A stretch of DNA of 48,887 bases from an uncultured Christensenellaceae bacterium (GCA_944381345.1 CALWKU010000049.1:1-48887); one strand, 5' to 3'. Counted from the first letter of the stretch, positions 28,074 to 37,430 are shown. The notes: generated from the letters alone by a model not told the origin. Translations and numbers: made by a program.

Positions 28074-28754
28074 ATGAGACAGGACAAGACAGACGATCTC
28101 GAAATACAATTCAACTTGGACGAGTTCTATGAGGATCTCTCCGAGTTTGACTTGCCGGAAGAGACGCCGGCGACGCCCGTTCAAGAACCGGGCTTTGTCA
28201 GACCGGCTCCGCAACCGGTCATGGCGGCGCAGCCCCAACCGGTGCCCGAACAGGAACCCGTTCCCATGGACGAGCCCGTTCAGCCCGTCTATCAGCCCGT
28301 GCAATACTATTCCGCAAAGGGCGTCGGCGCGATCGATATCAGAGATCCGTTCATCGTCAGGTTGGAACAGCTCGGTCCCGTCATCCAAAGCTATCACGAC
28401 AGATTGCAGGCGCACCTTACGTCCTATCGCAAGGTCAAGAGCCGTTACAGCATGCGCTGCGACAGTTTCCGCAGCGGACGCAATCTGCTCGCAAAAATGG
28501 CTGTCGGCGGCAAGACGCTCAAGCTCTATCTCGCTCTCGATCCCGACGATCAGGCGCTCGCTGCAGGCAAGTACCACCCGCGCAACGTCGGCGACACCAA
28601 GGCGTACGAGGAAGTGCCGCTCATGTTGCCCATCCGTTCCGACCTTGCCGTGCGCAAAGCTATGCGCGTGATCGACTATATGATGAAGAACTTCCAGATA
28701 CCCAAGAAGCGTAAGCGCAGACCGAATGGGTACAAAAATCAAATACAAAGTTAG
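28074..28754 (+). CDS. Hypothetical protein: acidic and Pro/Gln-rich N-terminus plus basic globular C-domain
   Basis: GGAGG RBS, own promoter and terminator; C-domain KVKSRYS...GKTLKLYLALDP. Confidence 0.8.
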   Translation: MRQDKTDDLEIQFNLDEFYEDLSEFDLPEETPATPVQEPGFVRPAPQPVMAAQPQPVPEQEPVPMDEPVQPVYQPVQYYSAKGVGAIDIRDPFIVRLEQLGPVIQSYHDRLQAHLTSYRKVKSRYSMRCDSFRSGRNLLAKMAVGGKTLKLYLALDPDDQALAAGKYHPRNVGDTKAYEEVPLMLPIRSDLAVRKAMRVIDYMMKNFQIPKKRKRRPNGYKNQIQS

Positions 28755-28771
28755 TTGACCGCGTATAAGAC

Positions 28772-28805
28772 GCCCGCCGTTGTAATGATGCAGCGGCGGG
28801 CTTTT
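28772..28805 (+). terminator. Intrinsic terminator
   Basis: GCCCGCCGTTGTA-atga-TGCAGCGGCGGGC-TTTT. Confidence 0.85.
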
Positions 28806-28896
28806 CGTATATCTTTGTCACGTTTGCGGTTTTCTTGCTTACGTGCTTTAAGTACGCTCGCTTAGATAAAGCCGCACACTCCGAGAGCGTCTCCGC

Positions 28897-29052
28897 GGTC
28901 AATTTCGAGACGCGGTTGAAATTCGGGGGAAAAACAGGAACGAAAGCGTAAATTAAAAGTCTGTTCGAGGCGCGGTAGAAATTTGGAACAGAAATCAAAA
29001 CAAAAGAGCAAAACAAAAGGTCAATTCGTGGCGCGGCTGAAATTCGGGAAAA
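28897..29052. repeat. Three degenerate ~30-bp direct repeats at 60-61-bp period
   Basis: TTCGAGACGCGGTTGAAATTCGG / TTCGAGGCGCGGTAGAAATTTGG / TTCGTGGCGCGGCTGAAATTCGG; CGCGG cores at 28911, 28971, 29032. Confidence 0.75.
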
Positions 29053-29971
29053 GCAAAGCAAGATCATAATTTAAAGAATACACCAAATTTAGGATGCGAT
29101 ATTTAGTGCCGACACGTTGAAAGTTTTGCAAGCGCAATCAGTTAATACATCTTTTCGCAAATATTATGGATAATTTATCCGCTTTGACAGATATAGATCA
29201 CGGCGCAAGTTAAAGAGCGTAAAATTCGGTTCTAAGCGTCACGTGTTCTCCCTACCGTTGCCCGGTACAAAGCCAACTTTGCGCACTTCGTGCGCCGGGC
29301 CGGTAAGGGGCGACAGCCATATTTTATCCGCTTGAATATGCTTGGCGGTGAGCGAAGTTTGTTTGTCAAGACATCTTTCGGTTTTTATCGGCGATGCGTT
29401 CCGCATGAAAAGGTTGTAAAGTAACGGCTGTCTATCACGTGCTGCATTCATAACGATAATTGAGCGGCATTATATTCTGCGTTAAATAGTATCTTCCGCG
29501 CTGTGTACTATTGATAAAATTATCCCCTTTACGAGCGACGCGAGTTCGGGACAATTTCTGTTCCGCGCTCGCTTTGCGGCGCGGCTCAGATCGCCGTCTC
29601 GGGCGGCTCTTTTGCCTCTCTCTAAACGTCTTGCGTACCATTGAGGTACTCGACGCAACCCCTTAGGGGCAAAATTTGCGCAAAATCTCTCGCCCGATAC
29701 TACTTGGTTCTGTTTATCTAATCGGGTTTATACCGATAAAACAATCAAGAAGTACGGAGAAAGTTTTCGGCAGATTCGTCGGGAAAAGCGCAAAGTAATT
29801 GCTATCAAGGCGAAGGTGTTTTGGAAGAAGCGGGTGTTGTTTGCCGAAAGTCACAAACGTAAGCCGCTTTATCTGCGGCAGCCAAAACCGTCCGAAAACC
29901 CGTGTCGGGAGAAAGAAACTTGGATAATGCGGACTTTGCGAAAATTTTACGTTGGGCGCAAGGCGAGACCG

Positions 29972-30001
29972 TTGCAAGGCGAGCGGCGCGTATGATATAA
30001 T
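29972..30001 (+). promoter_or_regulatory. sigma-A promoter giving a leaderless methyltransferase transcript
   Basis: TTGCAA-18 bp-TATAAT with extended TG, 6 nt before GTG 30008, no SD. Confidence 0.7.
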
Positions 30002-30007
30002 AATTTT

Positions 30008-30724
30008 GTGGATAGGATAGACGATCTTCAATGCGCGGGGCTGAGGCTAAAACAGGACAGCGAGTCTTATTGTTTTACGTCCGATGCGGTCATCCTCGCC
30101 AATCTCGTCAAGGTCAAAAACGGCGGAGTCGTCGTCGATTTCGGGACGGGCACCGGTGTGATCGCGGTGCTTTTGACCGCAAAGACAGGGGCAAAACGCA
30201 TATACGCTGTCGAAAAACAGCCCGGGCTGTTCAAGCTGGCGTGCGAAAACGTCGCGCTCAACGGATTGGACGGCAGGGTCGTGCCTATCGAGGGCGATAT
30301 CGAGGACGCGCCGAGGCTGTTGGGCAAGGGGAGCGCAGACGCCGTCGTATGCAATCCGCCGTACTTCAAAATGGGCAGCGGCGAGGTCAGAGGGGGCGAA
30401 AGCGCATTGGCGAGGCATGAGAGCGGCGAAGGACTCGCGGGCATAATGCGCGCCGCCGCGACGGTGTTGAGAACCGGCGGAGAACTGTTTTTGATACACC
30501 GGGCGGAGAGATTGTCCGAGGTGTGCGCGCTTGCCGAGGAAGCGGGACTTGCAGTCAAAGAGATGATATTGATACGCGCGCGCGAGGACGCCGAACCCAA
30601 GACGTTCGTTGTCAGGGCGCGCAAGGGCGCGGCGCAGGGAATGACTTTGCGCACGCTTACGGTGACGAACAGGGACGGCAAATATACGGACGAAGTAGCA
30701 AATATGTACGGAGAGGCAAGATGA
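30008..30724 (+). CDS. tRNA1(Val) adenine-37 N6-methyltransferase (YabB/YfiC-like)
   Basis: FTSDAVILA, DFGTGTG, CNPPYF, ARHE; directly upstream of rsmI. Confidence 0.88.
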   Translation: MDRIDDLQCAGLRLKQDSESYCFTSDAVILANLVKVKNGGVVVDFGTGTGVIAVLLTAKTGAKRIYAVEKQPGLFKLACENVALNGLDGRVVPIEGDIEDAPRLLGKGSADAVVCNPPYFKMGSGEVRGGESALARHESGEGLAGIMRAAATVLRTGGELFLIHRAERLSEVCALAEEAGLAVKEMILIRAREDAEPKTFVVRARKGAAQGMTLRTLTVTNRDGKYTDEVANMYGEAR

Positions 30725-31539
30725 ACAAAGCGGGCAAATTGCATATCGTCGGCACGCCGATAGGTAATATGGGCGACATCACTTTGAGAGCGATCGAGAC
30801 GCTCAAAGCGGTAGATCTGGTCGCGTGCGAGGACACGCGCCGAACGTTAGGGCTGTTGACGCATTTCGGCATCAAAAAGCCGCTGGTCAGCTACTACAAA
30901 CCGAAGGAAAGAGAGGGAGCGAGGCGGGTCTTGGCGTCGTTGGAAAGGGGCGACGATGTCGCGCTGGTCACAGACGCCGGGATGCCGTGCATTTCCGATC
31001 CCGGCGCGTTGCTCGTCAAAGAGGCGAGAGAGATGGGGTACGAGGTGACGTCAGAGCCGGGTCCCACCGCCGTCGCCACGGCGATGGCGCTTAGCGGAAT
31101 TTTGGAGCCTGTGTTTGTATTCGCAGGTTTTCTGCCGTCAAAAAGAAAGGACGCCGAGGCGCTTTTGACAAGATGTGATAAAGCAAAAGGCACGATTGTG
31201 CTGTACAGTTCGCCGCATTCGATCAACGACGATCTCAAGTTGATATACACGCTGCTCGGCGACAGGGACGTGCATATTGTCCGTGAGCTGACCAAGGTGT
31301 ACGAGAGCGTCGAAAAGGTGAGTTTGCCGTACGAGACGGAAGAGCCGAAGGGAGAATTCGTGCTGCTCGTCGAGGCAAAAGCCGAGAATGAAGAAAAACC
31401 GCAGGGGTCGCTCAAAGAACAGCTTGCGGCGATGATCGCGTCGGGGACGGACAAAAAAGAGGCGGTCAAAAAGGTGGCTAAACTCAACGGAGTCCACAAA
31501 GACGCCGTGTATAAATTGACCACGGGAGACGGCGAGTGA
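30721..31539 (+). CDS. rsmI: 16S rRNA C1402 2'-O-methyltransferase
   Basis: VGTPIGN, CEDTR, DAGMPCISDPG, RELTKVYE, KGEFVL. Confidence 0.94.
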   Translation: MNKAGKLHIVGTPIGNMGDITLRAIETLKAVDLVACEDTRRTLGLLTHFGIKKPLVSYYKPKEREGARRVLASLERGDDVALVTDAGMPCISDPGALLVKEAREMGYEVTSEPGPTAVATAMALSGILEPVFVFAGFLPSKRKDAEALLTRCDKAKGTIVLYSSPHSINDDLKLIYTLLGDRDVHIVRELTKVYESVEKVSLPYETEEPKGEFVLLVEAKAENEEKPQGSLKEQLAAMIASGTDKKEAVKKVAKLNGVHKDAVYKLTTGDGE

Positions 31540-32450
31540 AAATTTTGGAAATAGAAAATCTGGTCAAGGCGTTCGGAGAGGTGCGTGCTGTCGACGGAAT
31601 TACATTTTCGGTCGAACGCGGCGCGCTTTTCGCATTTCTCGGACTCAACGGCGCGGGCAAGAGTACGACCATCAACATCATATGCACGTTGCTGCAAAAG
31701 GACTCGGGCAAGGTGACCGTCGCCGGAGAGGATCTCGACGCCTCGCCCGAGAAAGTGCGGGAGAAGATAGGGATCGTTTTTCAAAATTCCGTGCTCGATC
31801 CGTCGCAGACGGTCTCGTCCAACCTTGCGACGAGAGCGAGCCTGTACGGCATGAATGCGGCGCAGGCGAAAAAGCGTATCGCAGAACTCGCCGAGACGCT
31901 GGGCTTCGGTGAGTTTTTGGGCAGGAAGTACGGCAAATTGTCGGGCGGTCAGCGACGTAAGGTCGACATCGCGCGCGGGCTTTTGCATTCGCCCGAACTT
32001 CTCATTCTCGACGAGCCTACCACGGGATTGGATCCGCAGACGCGCCGCGCGGTTTGGGACGTGATCGGCGACATACGCCGTACGCACGATACGACAGTCT
32101 TTCTTACCACGCACTATATGGAGGAGGCGGACGGAGCGGACGACGTCGTCATCCTCGACGCGGGCAAGATCGCCGCGCACGGCTCTCCGATCAAGCTTAA
32201 AGAACAGTTTTCGCGCGATACGGTCACCGTTTATGCAGAGCGGAGCGAAGCCGCGGACAAGCTGTTCGAGGGCGAAAAGTGGATTTATGGCGAGGGAGCT
32301 TACCGCGTCGTCGTCGACGGGGGAGAACAGGCAAAGGCGCTGCTCGACAAGTGCGCGCCCGTCCTGCGCTCGTTTGAGGTCAAAAAAGGAGATATGGACG
32401 ACGTCTTTCTCACCGTTACGGGCAAGCGTCTCGAAGGAGGCGCGGTATGA
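31536..32450 (+). CDS. ABC-2 type exporter ATP-binding protein
   Basis: GLNGAGKST, LSGGQ, LDEPTTGLD, TTHYMEEA. Confidence 0.92.
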   Translation: MKILEIENLVKAFGEVRAVDGITFSVERGALFAFLGLNGAGKSTTINIICTLLQKDSGKVTVAGEDLDASPEKVREKIGIVFQNSVLDPSQTVSSNLATRASLYGMNAAQAKKRIAELAETLGFGEFLGRKYGKLSGGQRRKVDIARGLLHSPELLILDEPTTGLDPQTRRAVWDVIGDIRRTHDTTVFLTTHYMEEADGADDVVILDAGKIAAHGSPIKLKEQFSRDTVTVYAERSEAADKLFEGEKWIYGEGAYRVVVDGGEQAKALLDKCAPVLRSFEVKKGDMDDVFLTVTGKRLEGGAV

Positions 32451-33364
32451 AGAATAAGCTGCGTGCGCTCGGCAGTCTCGTGCTTCGCAACCTCAAGATC
32501 TTCCTCAGCGACAGGGCGGGGGTGTTCTTCTCGCTGCTCGCACCGCTCATCGTGCTGTTTTTGTATTTGCTTTTTCTCAAGGATATACAGCTCGACTCGA
32601 TAAGATCGATGTTTGAAGGAGCGCCCGTTGACGAGCAACTTCTCGACAACATCGTCAACAATTGGATGCTCGCCGGCGTCGTGTCCGTCGCGTGCATCAC
32701 GGTGTCCTTCTCCGCGCAGGAGCGGTTGATCAAGGACAAGGAGACCGGCGTCATCGCCGACATCAAGTCGTCGCCCGTCGCGCGCCCGGTCATAGACGCG
32801 TCGTACTTTCTCTCCAATCTTGCGATTACAGTCTGTATTTGCGGCGCAGTCCTCGCGGTCGCGCTCGTCTATGTAGCGATCGCCGGCTGGACGCTGAGTT
32901 TTGCCGACGTCGTCGGGATGATCGGCGCGCTGCTGATGTCATCGCTGTCGGCAAGCCTCGTCACGGGACTCGTCTCCAAGGCGATCAAGACAAGCTCCCA
33001 ACACGGCGCGCTCGTAGGCATCGTCAGCGCGGCGATAGGATTTCTTATGGGCGCGTATATGCCCACGTCCATCTTCCCGACCGCGGTGCAATATGTGACG
33101 CTGTTTGTACCGGGGACATATTCTGCGGCGCTCTTCCGCGAGCTGTTCATGAGGGGAGCGATCGAGGACGTCGGCGCGCTGTCGCCGCAGGCGTCCGAGG
33201 CGATTGAGGAGGCGTACACGCTCAAACTCGACTTTTTCGGCAAACAGATCGGCGCAAACGAAACCGCGATCGTGTTCGCGGCGACGATCGTGCTGTTTGC
33301 GCTGCTTTGGGTAGTTTGCGGGGCGGTCGGCAAAAAGAAAAAGAGACCGATCGGGAAGAGGTGA
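32447..33364 (+). CDS. ABC-2 type exporter permease
   Basis: About six TM helices, coupled to the ATPase by an ATGA overlap. Confidence 0.88.
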   Translation: MKNKLRALGSLVLRNLKIFLSDRAGVFFSLLAPLIVLFLYLLFLKDIQLDSIRSMFEGAPVDEQLLDNIVNNWMLAGVVSVACITVSFSAQERLIKDKETGVIADIKSSPVARPVIDASYFLSNLAITVCICGAVLAVALVYVAIAGWTLSFADVVGMIGALLMSSLSASLVTGLVSKAIKTSSQHGALVGIVSAAIGFLMGAYMPTSIFPTAVQYVTLFVPGTYSAALFRELFMRGAIEDVGALSPQASEAIEEAYTLKLDFFGKQIGANETAIVFAATIVLFALLWVVCGAVGKKKKRPIGKR

Positions 33365-33401
33365 GCCGATCGTCTTTGCTGAGGAGTGCGGTCGTAACTT
33401 C

Positions 33402-33424
33402 AAGCGCGCGAACATCGCGCGCTT
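33402..33424. terminator. Probable bidirectional terminator hairpin
   Basis: AAGCGCGCGA-aca-TCGCGCGCTT between convergent genes. Confidence 0.55.
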
Positions 33425-33459
33425 TATCATTGCCCGGCGTTTGACAGAAAGGCGATATT

Positions 33460-33975
33460 TTACATCAGCGTACACAGCAGACAGGACGCAACCGCGCCCA
33501 AAAGACAGCAAAACAAAGAGACGGGCAGCGCGTAGCGCAGCTTGCGCACTTTGGTAGTCGACACATAGACGGTGCAGACGTAAAATACGGTCTCGCTTGC
33601 CCCGACGATCACGCTGCCGCAGCGCGCGATATAGCTGTCCGCGCCGTATTCGGCGATCAGCTTTTCCAATACGGCAAGAGAGCCGTTGCCGCTCAAAGGA
33701 CGGACTATGACCAGCTCGCAAAGCTGCTCGGGAATGCCCAAAAAGCGAAAGACGGGCGCAAGCAGATCGGTAAGCGCGGCGGACAATCCGCTGACCGCAA
33801 ACAGCTCGGTCGAGATCAATACCGCGCATATATAGGGAAAGACGGAAAGCACAAGTCCAAGGCTTTCCTTGGCTCCCGTCACAAAACTGTCGTAGACGTT
33901 TACGCGACGAAAGAACCCTATCGCCAATACGGCGATAATAAACACAGGCAAGAAAAAATCACTCAAAGCGCGCAC
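33460..33975 (-). CDS. spmB: Spore maturation protein B (start may be TTG 33966)
   Basis: VYDSFVTGAKE, RPLSGNGS, YGADS, SETVFYV, LRYAL. Confidence 0.88.
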   Translation of the reverse strand: MRALSDFFLPVFIIAVLAIGFFRRVNVYDSFVTGAKESLGLVLSVFPYICAVLISTELFAVSGLSAALTDLLAPVFRFLGIPEQLCELVIVRPLSGNGSLAVLEKLIAEYGADSYIARCGSVIVGASETVFYVCTVYVSTTKVRKLRYALPVSLFCCLLGAVASCLLCTLM

Positions 33976-34567
33976 CTTTGAGAGGGACGGGCGGCAACGG
34001 TTGTTTGCGCGGTTTTTTGATAGAGACGAGCGTCTTGACGACGATCACGCCCGCGATCGTCGAGACGGTCGTTGCAAGCAGCGACGGCAGGATAATGTCG
34101 CCCGGCGACGCCGATCCGGCAGCCGCGCGAAGTCCGACCACCGTCGCCGGGATGAGCTGTATCGACGTAGCGTTGATGACGAGAAAGAGGATCATGTTGT
34201 CGGTTGCGCGCTCCGTGCCGTCCTGCATACGCTCCATAGCCTTTATTCCGAGCGGCGTCGCCGCTCCGCCCATGCCCAAAAAGTTGGCGGTGAAGTTGAG
34301 GGTGATGAGGTCGCGCGTCTTGCCGTCCTCGCCCTTGAACAGCTTGCGCGTCAGAGGAGAACACGCCTTGCCGAGAGCCTTGCTCATTCCGAGCTTGTTC
34401 ATGACGTCGAGTACGGACAGCCAGATAGCATAGATCGCGCACAGTTTGAGCGCAAGCGCGATCGCGCCCGACGCGCCGTCTATCATCGCGGGGAACGCCT
34501 GTGACGGGGACGAGAAGAGCATCATCAACAGCGACGATACGGTCATCACGAAAAACACGCAATTCAT
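33959..34567 (-). CDS. spmA: Spore maturation protein A
   Basis: ANFLGMGGAATPLGIKAM, FLVINATSIQLIPATV. Confidence 0.9.
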   Translation of the reverse strand: MNCVFFVMTVSSLLMMLFSSPSQAFPAMIDGASGAIALALKLCAIYAIWLSVLDVMNKLGMSKALGKACSPLTRKLFKGEDGKTRDLITLNFTANFLGMGGAATPLGIKAMERMQDGTERATDNMILFLVINATSIQLIPATVVGLRAAAGSASPGDIILPSLLATTVSTIAGVIVVKTLVSIKKPRKQPLPPVPLKGARFE

Positions 34568-34620
34568 ATCGATATTTTACTGCGCCGCCGTCCGCGATAT
34601 GCGAGGGCGGGCAAAAACGT

Positions 34621-34649
34621 TTTACAAATGCGCGCGGAAGATATATAAT
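34621..34649 (+). promoter_or_regulatory. sigma-A promoter of the metG operon
   Basis: TTTACA-17 bp-TATAAT. Confidence 0.7.
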
Positions 34650-34695
34650 ATATAACATCGACATCACCGAGCGCATATGCGCCGAGGAGGAGTTT

Positions 34696-36654
34696 ATGGC
34701 TTCCGAATATTACATCACCACCGCGATCGCCTACGCGTCCGGAAAACCGCATATCGGCAACACTTACGAGATCGTGCTTGCCGACGTGCTTGCGCGTTTT
34801 CGCCGCAAGCAGGGCTACGACGTCTTTTTTCAGACGGGTACGGACGAACACGGCGAAAAGAATCAGCTCAAAGCCGAGGCGGCGGGCGTTTCGCCTCAGC
34901 AGCTCGTAGACCGCAATTCCGCCGAGATCAAGCGCATATGGGATCTCATGGACACGTCCTACGACCGCTTCATCCGCACGACCGAGCCTTATCACAAGGA
35001 GCAGGTCGCAAAGATCTTCGACAAGTTTTTGAAGTCGGGCGACATCTACAAAGGCGAGTACAGCGGCTGGTATTGCACGCCGTGCGAGTCATTTTGGACT
35101 GAGAGCCAACTCGTCGACGGCAAGTGCCCGGACTGCGGCAGAGAGGTCAAACTCGCCAAGGAAGAGGCGTACTTCTTCCGTATGAGCAAATATGCGGACG
35201 CGTTGATGAAATATTATGACGAACATCCCGAATTCATCGTTCCCGTCTCGCGTAAAAAGGAGATGGTCAACAACTTTTTGAAGCCGGGGCTTCAAGATCT
35301 GTGCGTAAGCCGCACAACGTTCGATTGGGGTATAAAGGTCAAGAACGATCCGCGCCACGTCGTTTACGTATGGCTGGACGCGCTGACAAACTACATCACG
35401 GGACTCGGCTACGACGCCGACGGAAAGAGCGACGAGAAGTTTGAAAAGTATTGGCCCGCCGATGTGCATATCGTCGGTAAGGACATCGTCAGGTTCCACA
35501 CGATATATTGGCCCATCTTTCTGATGGCGTTGGGACTGCCGTTGCCAAAGCAGGTGTTCGGGCACGCGTGGCTGCTGCAGGACGGCGGCAAGATGAGCAA
35601 GTCGAAAGGCAACGTCATGTACGCCGACGACATGGTCGACATCTACGGCGTCGACGCGGTCAGATACTGTCTGATGAGTATGATGCCTTTCGACAACGAC
35701 GGCGTGATCGGCTGGGATCAGGTCACCGAACTCATCAACAACGAGCTTGCCAACGTGTTCGGCAACCTCGTCAACCGCACCGTTGCGATGATCAACAAAT
35801 ACTTTGGCGGAAAGGTGAGCGACGCCGGCGTCGCCGAAGAGGTCGACGACGATCTCAAAGAGGTCGTGACTTCCGCGTACGCCAAGTTTGAAAAGGACAT
35901 GGAGGCGTTCCGCGTCGCAGACGCGCTGGGCGAGATAGTCTCCGTATACCGCCGCGCGAACAAGTATATCGACGAGACCGCGCCGTGGACTCTCGCCAAG
36001 GACGGATCCAAGGCTGACAGACTGCGCACCGTGTTGTACAACCTGTGCGAGAGCATAGTCACTGCGACGAGCATGCTCGAGTGTTTTATGCCGGGCAAAT
36101 GCGCCAAAGTGTTCGAGGAGCTGGGGACGAGCCCGCGCGAGTTTTCAAGCTTAGGCGAGTTCGGCGTGCAGAGCGAGTACAAGGTCGTCGAAAAGGCGGA
36201 GATACTCTTTGCCCGTCTCGACGCAAATGAGATAAACGACAGGGTCGAGCGTATGTTCGATGAGCGCGCCAAAGCCGCCGAGAAGGCTCAAAAGCCGCAA
36301 CAGGTCGAGCAAAAGCAAGCAAAAGACGAGATCTCGATCGACGACTTTGCCAAGATCGAGCTCAAAGTCGGTAAGGTCGTTGCGTGCGAAAAAGCGCCAA
36401 AGGCGGACAAGCTGCTGTGCTCCAAGATCGACGTCGGCGAGGACAAGCCGCGCACCGTCGTCAGCGGCATCGCCGCATACTATTCGCCCGAACAGATGGT
36501 CGGAAAGAGCGTGATCGTCGTCACCAATCTCAAACCGGTCAAGCTGCGCGGCATATTGTCCGAGGGTATGATCTTGTGCGCGGAGGGCGAGGACGGCAAG
36601 CTGTCAGTCGTGTCGCCCGAGACCCTGATCGCGCCCGGCGAAGAGGTCAGATGA
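34696..36654 (+). CDS. metG: Methionine--tRNA ligase
   Basis: HIGN, GTDEHG, Zn knuckle CxxC...CPDC, KMSKS, C-terminal tRNA-binding domain; GAGGAGG RBS. Confidence 0.97.
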   Translation: MASEYYITTAIAYASGKPHIGNTYEIVLADVLARFRRKQGYDVFFQTGTDEHGEKNQLKAEAAGVSPQQLVDRNSAEIKRIWDLMDTSYDRFIRTTEPYHKEQVAKIFDKFLKSGDIYKGEYSGWYCTPCESFWTESQLVDGKCPDCGREVKLAKEEAYFFRMSKYADALMKYYDEHPEFIVPVSRKKEMVNNFLKPGLQDLCVSRTTFDWGIKVKNDPRHVVYVWLDALTNYITGLGYDADGKSDEKFEKYWPADVHIVGKDIVRFHTIYWPIFLMALGLPLPKQVFGHAWLLQDGGKMSKSKGNVMYADDMVDIYGVDAVRYCLMSMMPFDNDGVIGWDQVTELINNELANVFGNLVNRTVAMINKYFGGKVSDAGVAEEVDDDLKEVVTSAYAKFEKDMEAFRVADALGEIVSVYRRANKYIDETAPWTLAKDGSKADRLRTVLYNLCESIVTATSMLECFMPGKCAKVFEELGTSPREFSSLGEFGVQSEYKVVEKAEILFARLDANEINDRVERMFDERAKAAEKAQKPQQVEQKQAKDEISIDDFAKIELKVGKVVACEKAPKADKLLCSKIDVGEDKPRTVVSGIAAYYSPEQMVGKSVIVVTNLKPVKLRGILSEGMILCAEGEDGKLSVVSPETLIAPGEEVR

Positions 36655-37430
36655 TCGATTCGCACGCCCATATCACGGAGGAGAGACTTGCGCCCGAGTG
36701 CGGCAGGATCATTGCCGATATGCGCGCGGACGGTCTGACCGCGCTGATAGAGGCGGGATGCGACGCCGCGACTTCGGCGCAGGCGGCAAAACTCGCCGAG
36801 GACAATGAAGGAGTGTTCGCGATCGTCGGCACTCACCCCGAATTTGCCTCCGACTACGGCGACAAAGAGGCAGCGCTCTATGCGCGCCTTGCGGCAATGC
36901 CCAAGGTGGTCGGCATAGGTGAGATAGGGTTGGATTACTATTACGAGACGCCGCCGCGCGACGTGCAAAAGCGCGCGTTCGTCGCTCAATTGGAACTAGC
37001 GCACTCGCTGCATATGCCCGTCGCGCTCCATATCCGCGACGCTTACGGCGACCTTGCGGACATTCTCAAAGAACATCCGTCGTGGGTTGCGGACGGTATG
37101 CTGATGCATTGTTACAGCGGCAGCGCCGAGTTTGTCAAGCAGCTTGCGCGTTACGACGCATTTTTCGCGTTCGGCGGCGCGGTAACTTTCAAAAACGCAA
37201 AAAAGCAGGACGTCATCAAGGCGACGCCCAAGGATAGGCTGCTCGTAGAGACGGACTGCCCGTACATGACGCCGGTGCCGTTTCGAGGCAAACTCAACGA
37301 GCCAAAGTATGTCCGCCATACGCTGGCGTTCGTCGCCGAGACGCTGGGCATGACGTTTGAAGAAGCGGAAAAACTTACCGAACAAAACACTCTTACGCTC
37401 TTCCCGAAGATGAAGGCGTTTGTCAAATGA
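36651..37430 (+). CDS. tatD: TatD-family nuclease
   Basis: DSHAH, GEIGLDY, HIRDA, HCYSG, ETDCPY. Confidence 0.93.
   Translation: MIDSHAHITEERLAPECGRIIADMRADGLTALIEAGCDAATSAQAAKLAEDNEGVFAIVGTHPEFASDYGDKEAALYARLAAMPKVVGIGEIGLDYYYETPPRDVQKRAFVAQLELAHSLHMPVALHIRDAYGDLADILKEHPSWVADGMLMHCYSGSAEFVKQLARYDAFFAFGGAVTFKNAKKQDVIKATPKDRLLVETDCPYMTPVPFRGKLNEPKYVRHTLAFVAETLGMTFEEAEKLTEQNTLTLFPKMKAFVK

Noticed and set aside
28897-29052. Call as a true CRISPR array
   Set aside because: Only three degenerate units, A-rich low-complexity spacers and no cas genes; kept as an unexplained repeat.
29160-30015. oriC based on TTATCC-containing motifs
   Set aside because: No perfect TTATCCACA cluster and no dnaA/dnaN in the window.
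29239-30031. Short ORFs in the non-coding gap (70, 68 and 105 aa)
   Set aside because: Atypical codon usage, no RBS and no recognisable motifs.
34650-34695. T-box or SAM riboswitch before metG
   Set aside because: The leader is only ~40 nt after a clear promoter and has no T-box or S-box motif.
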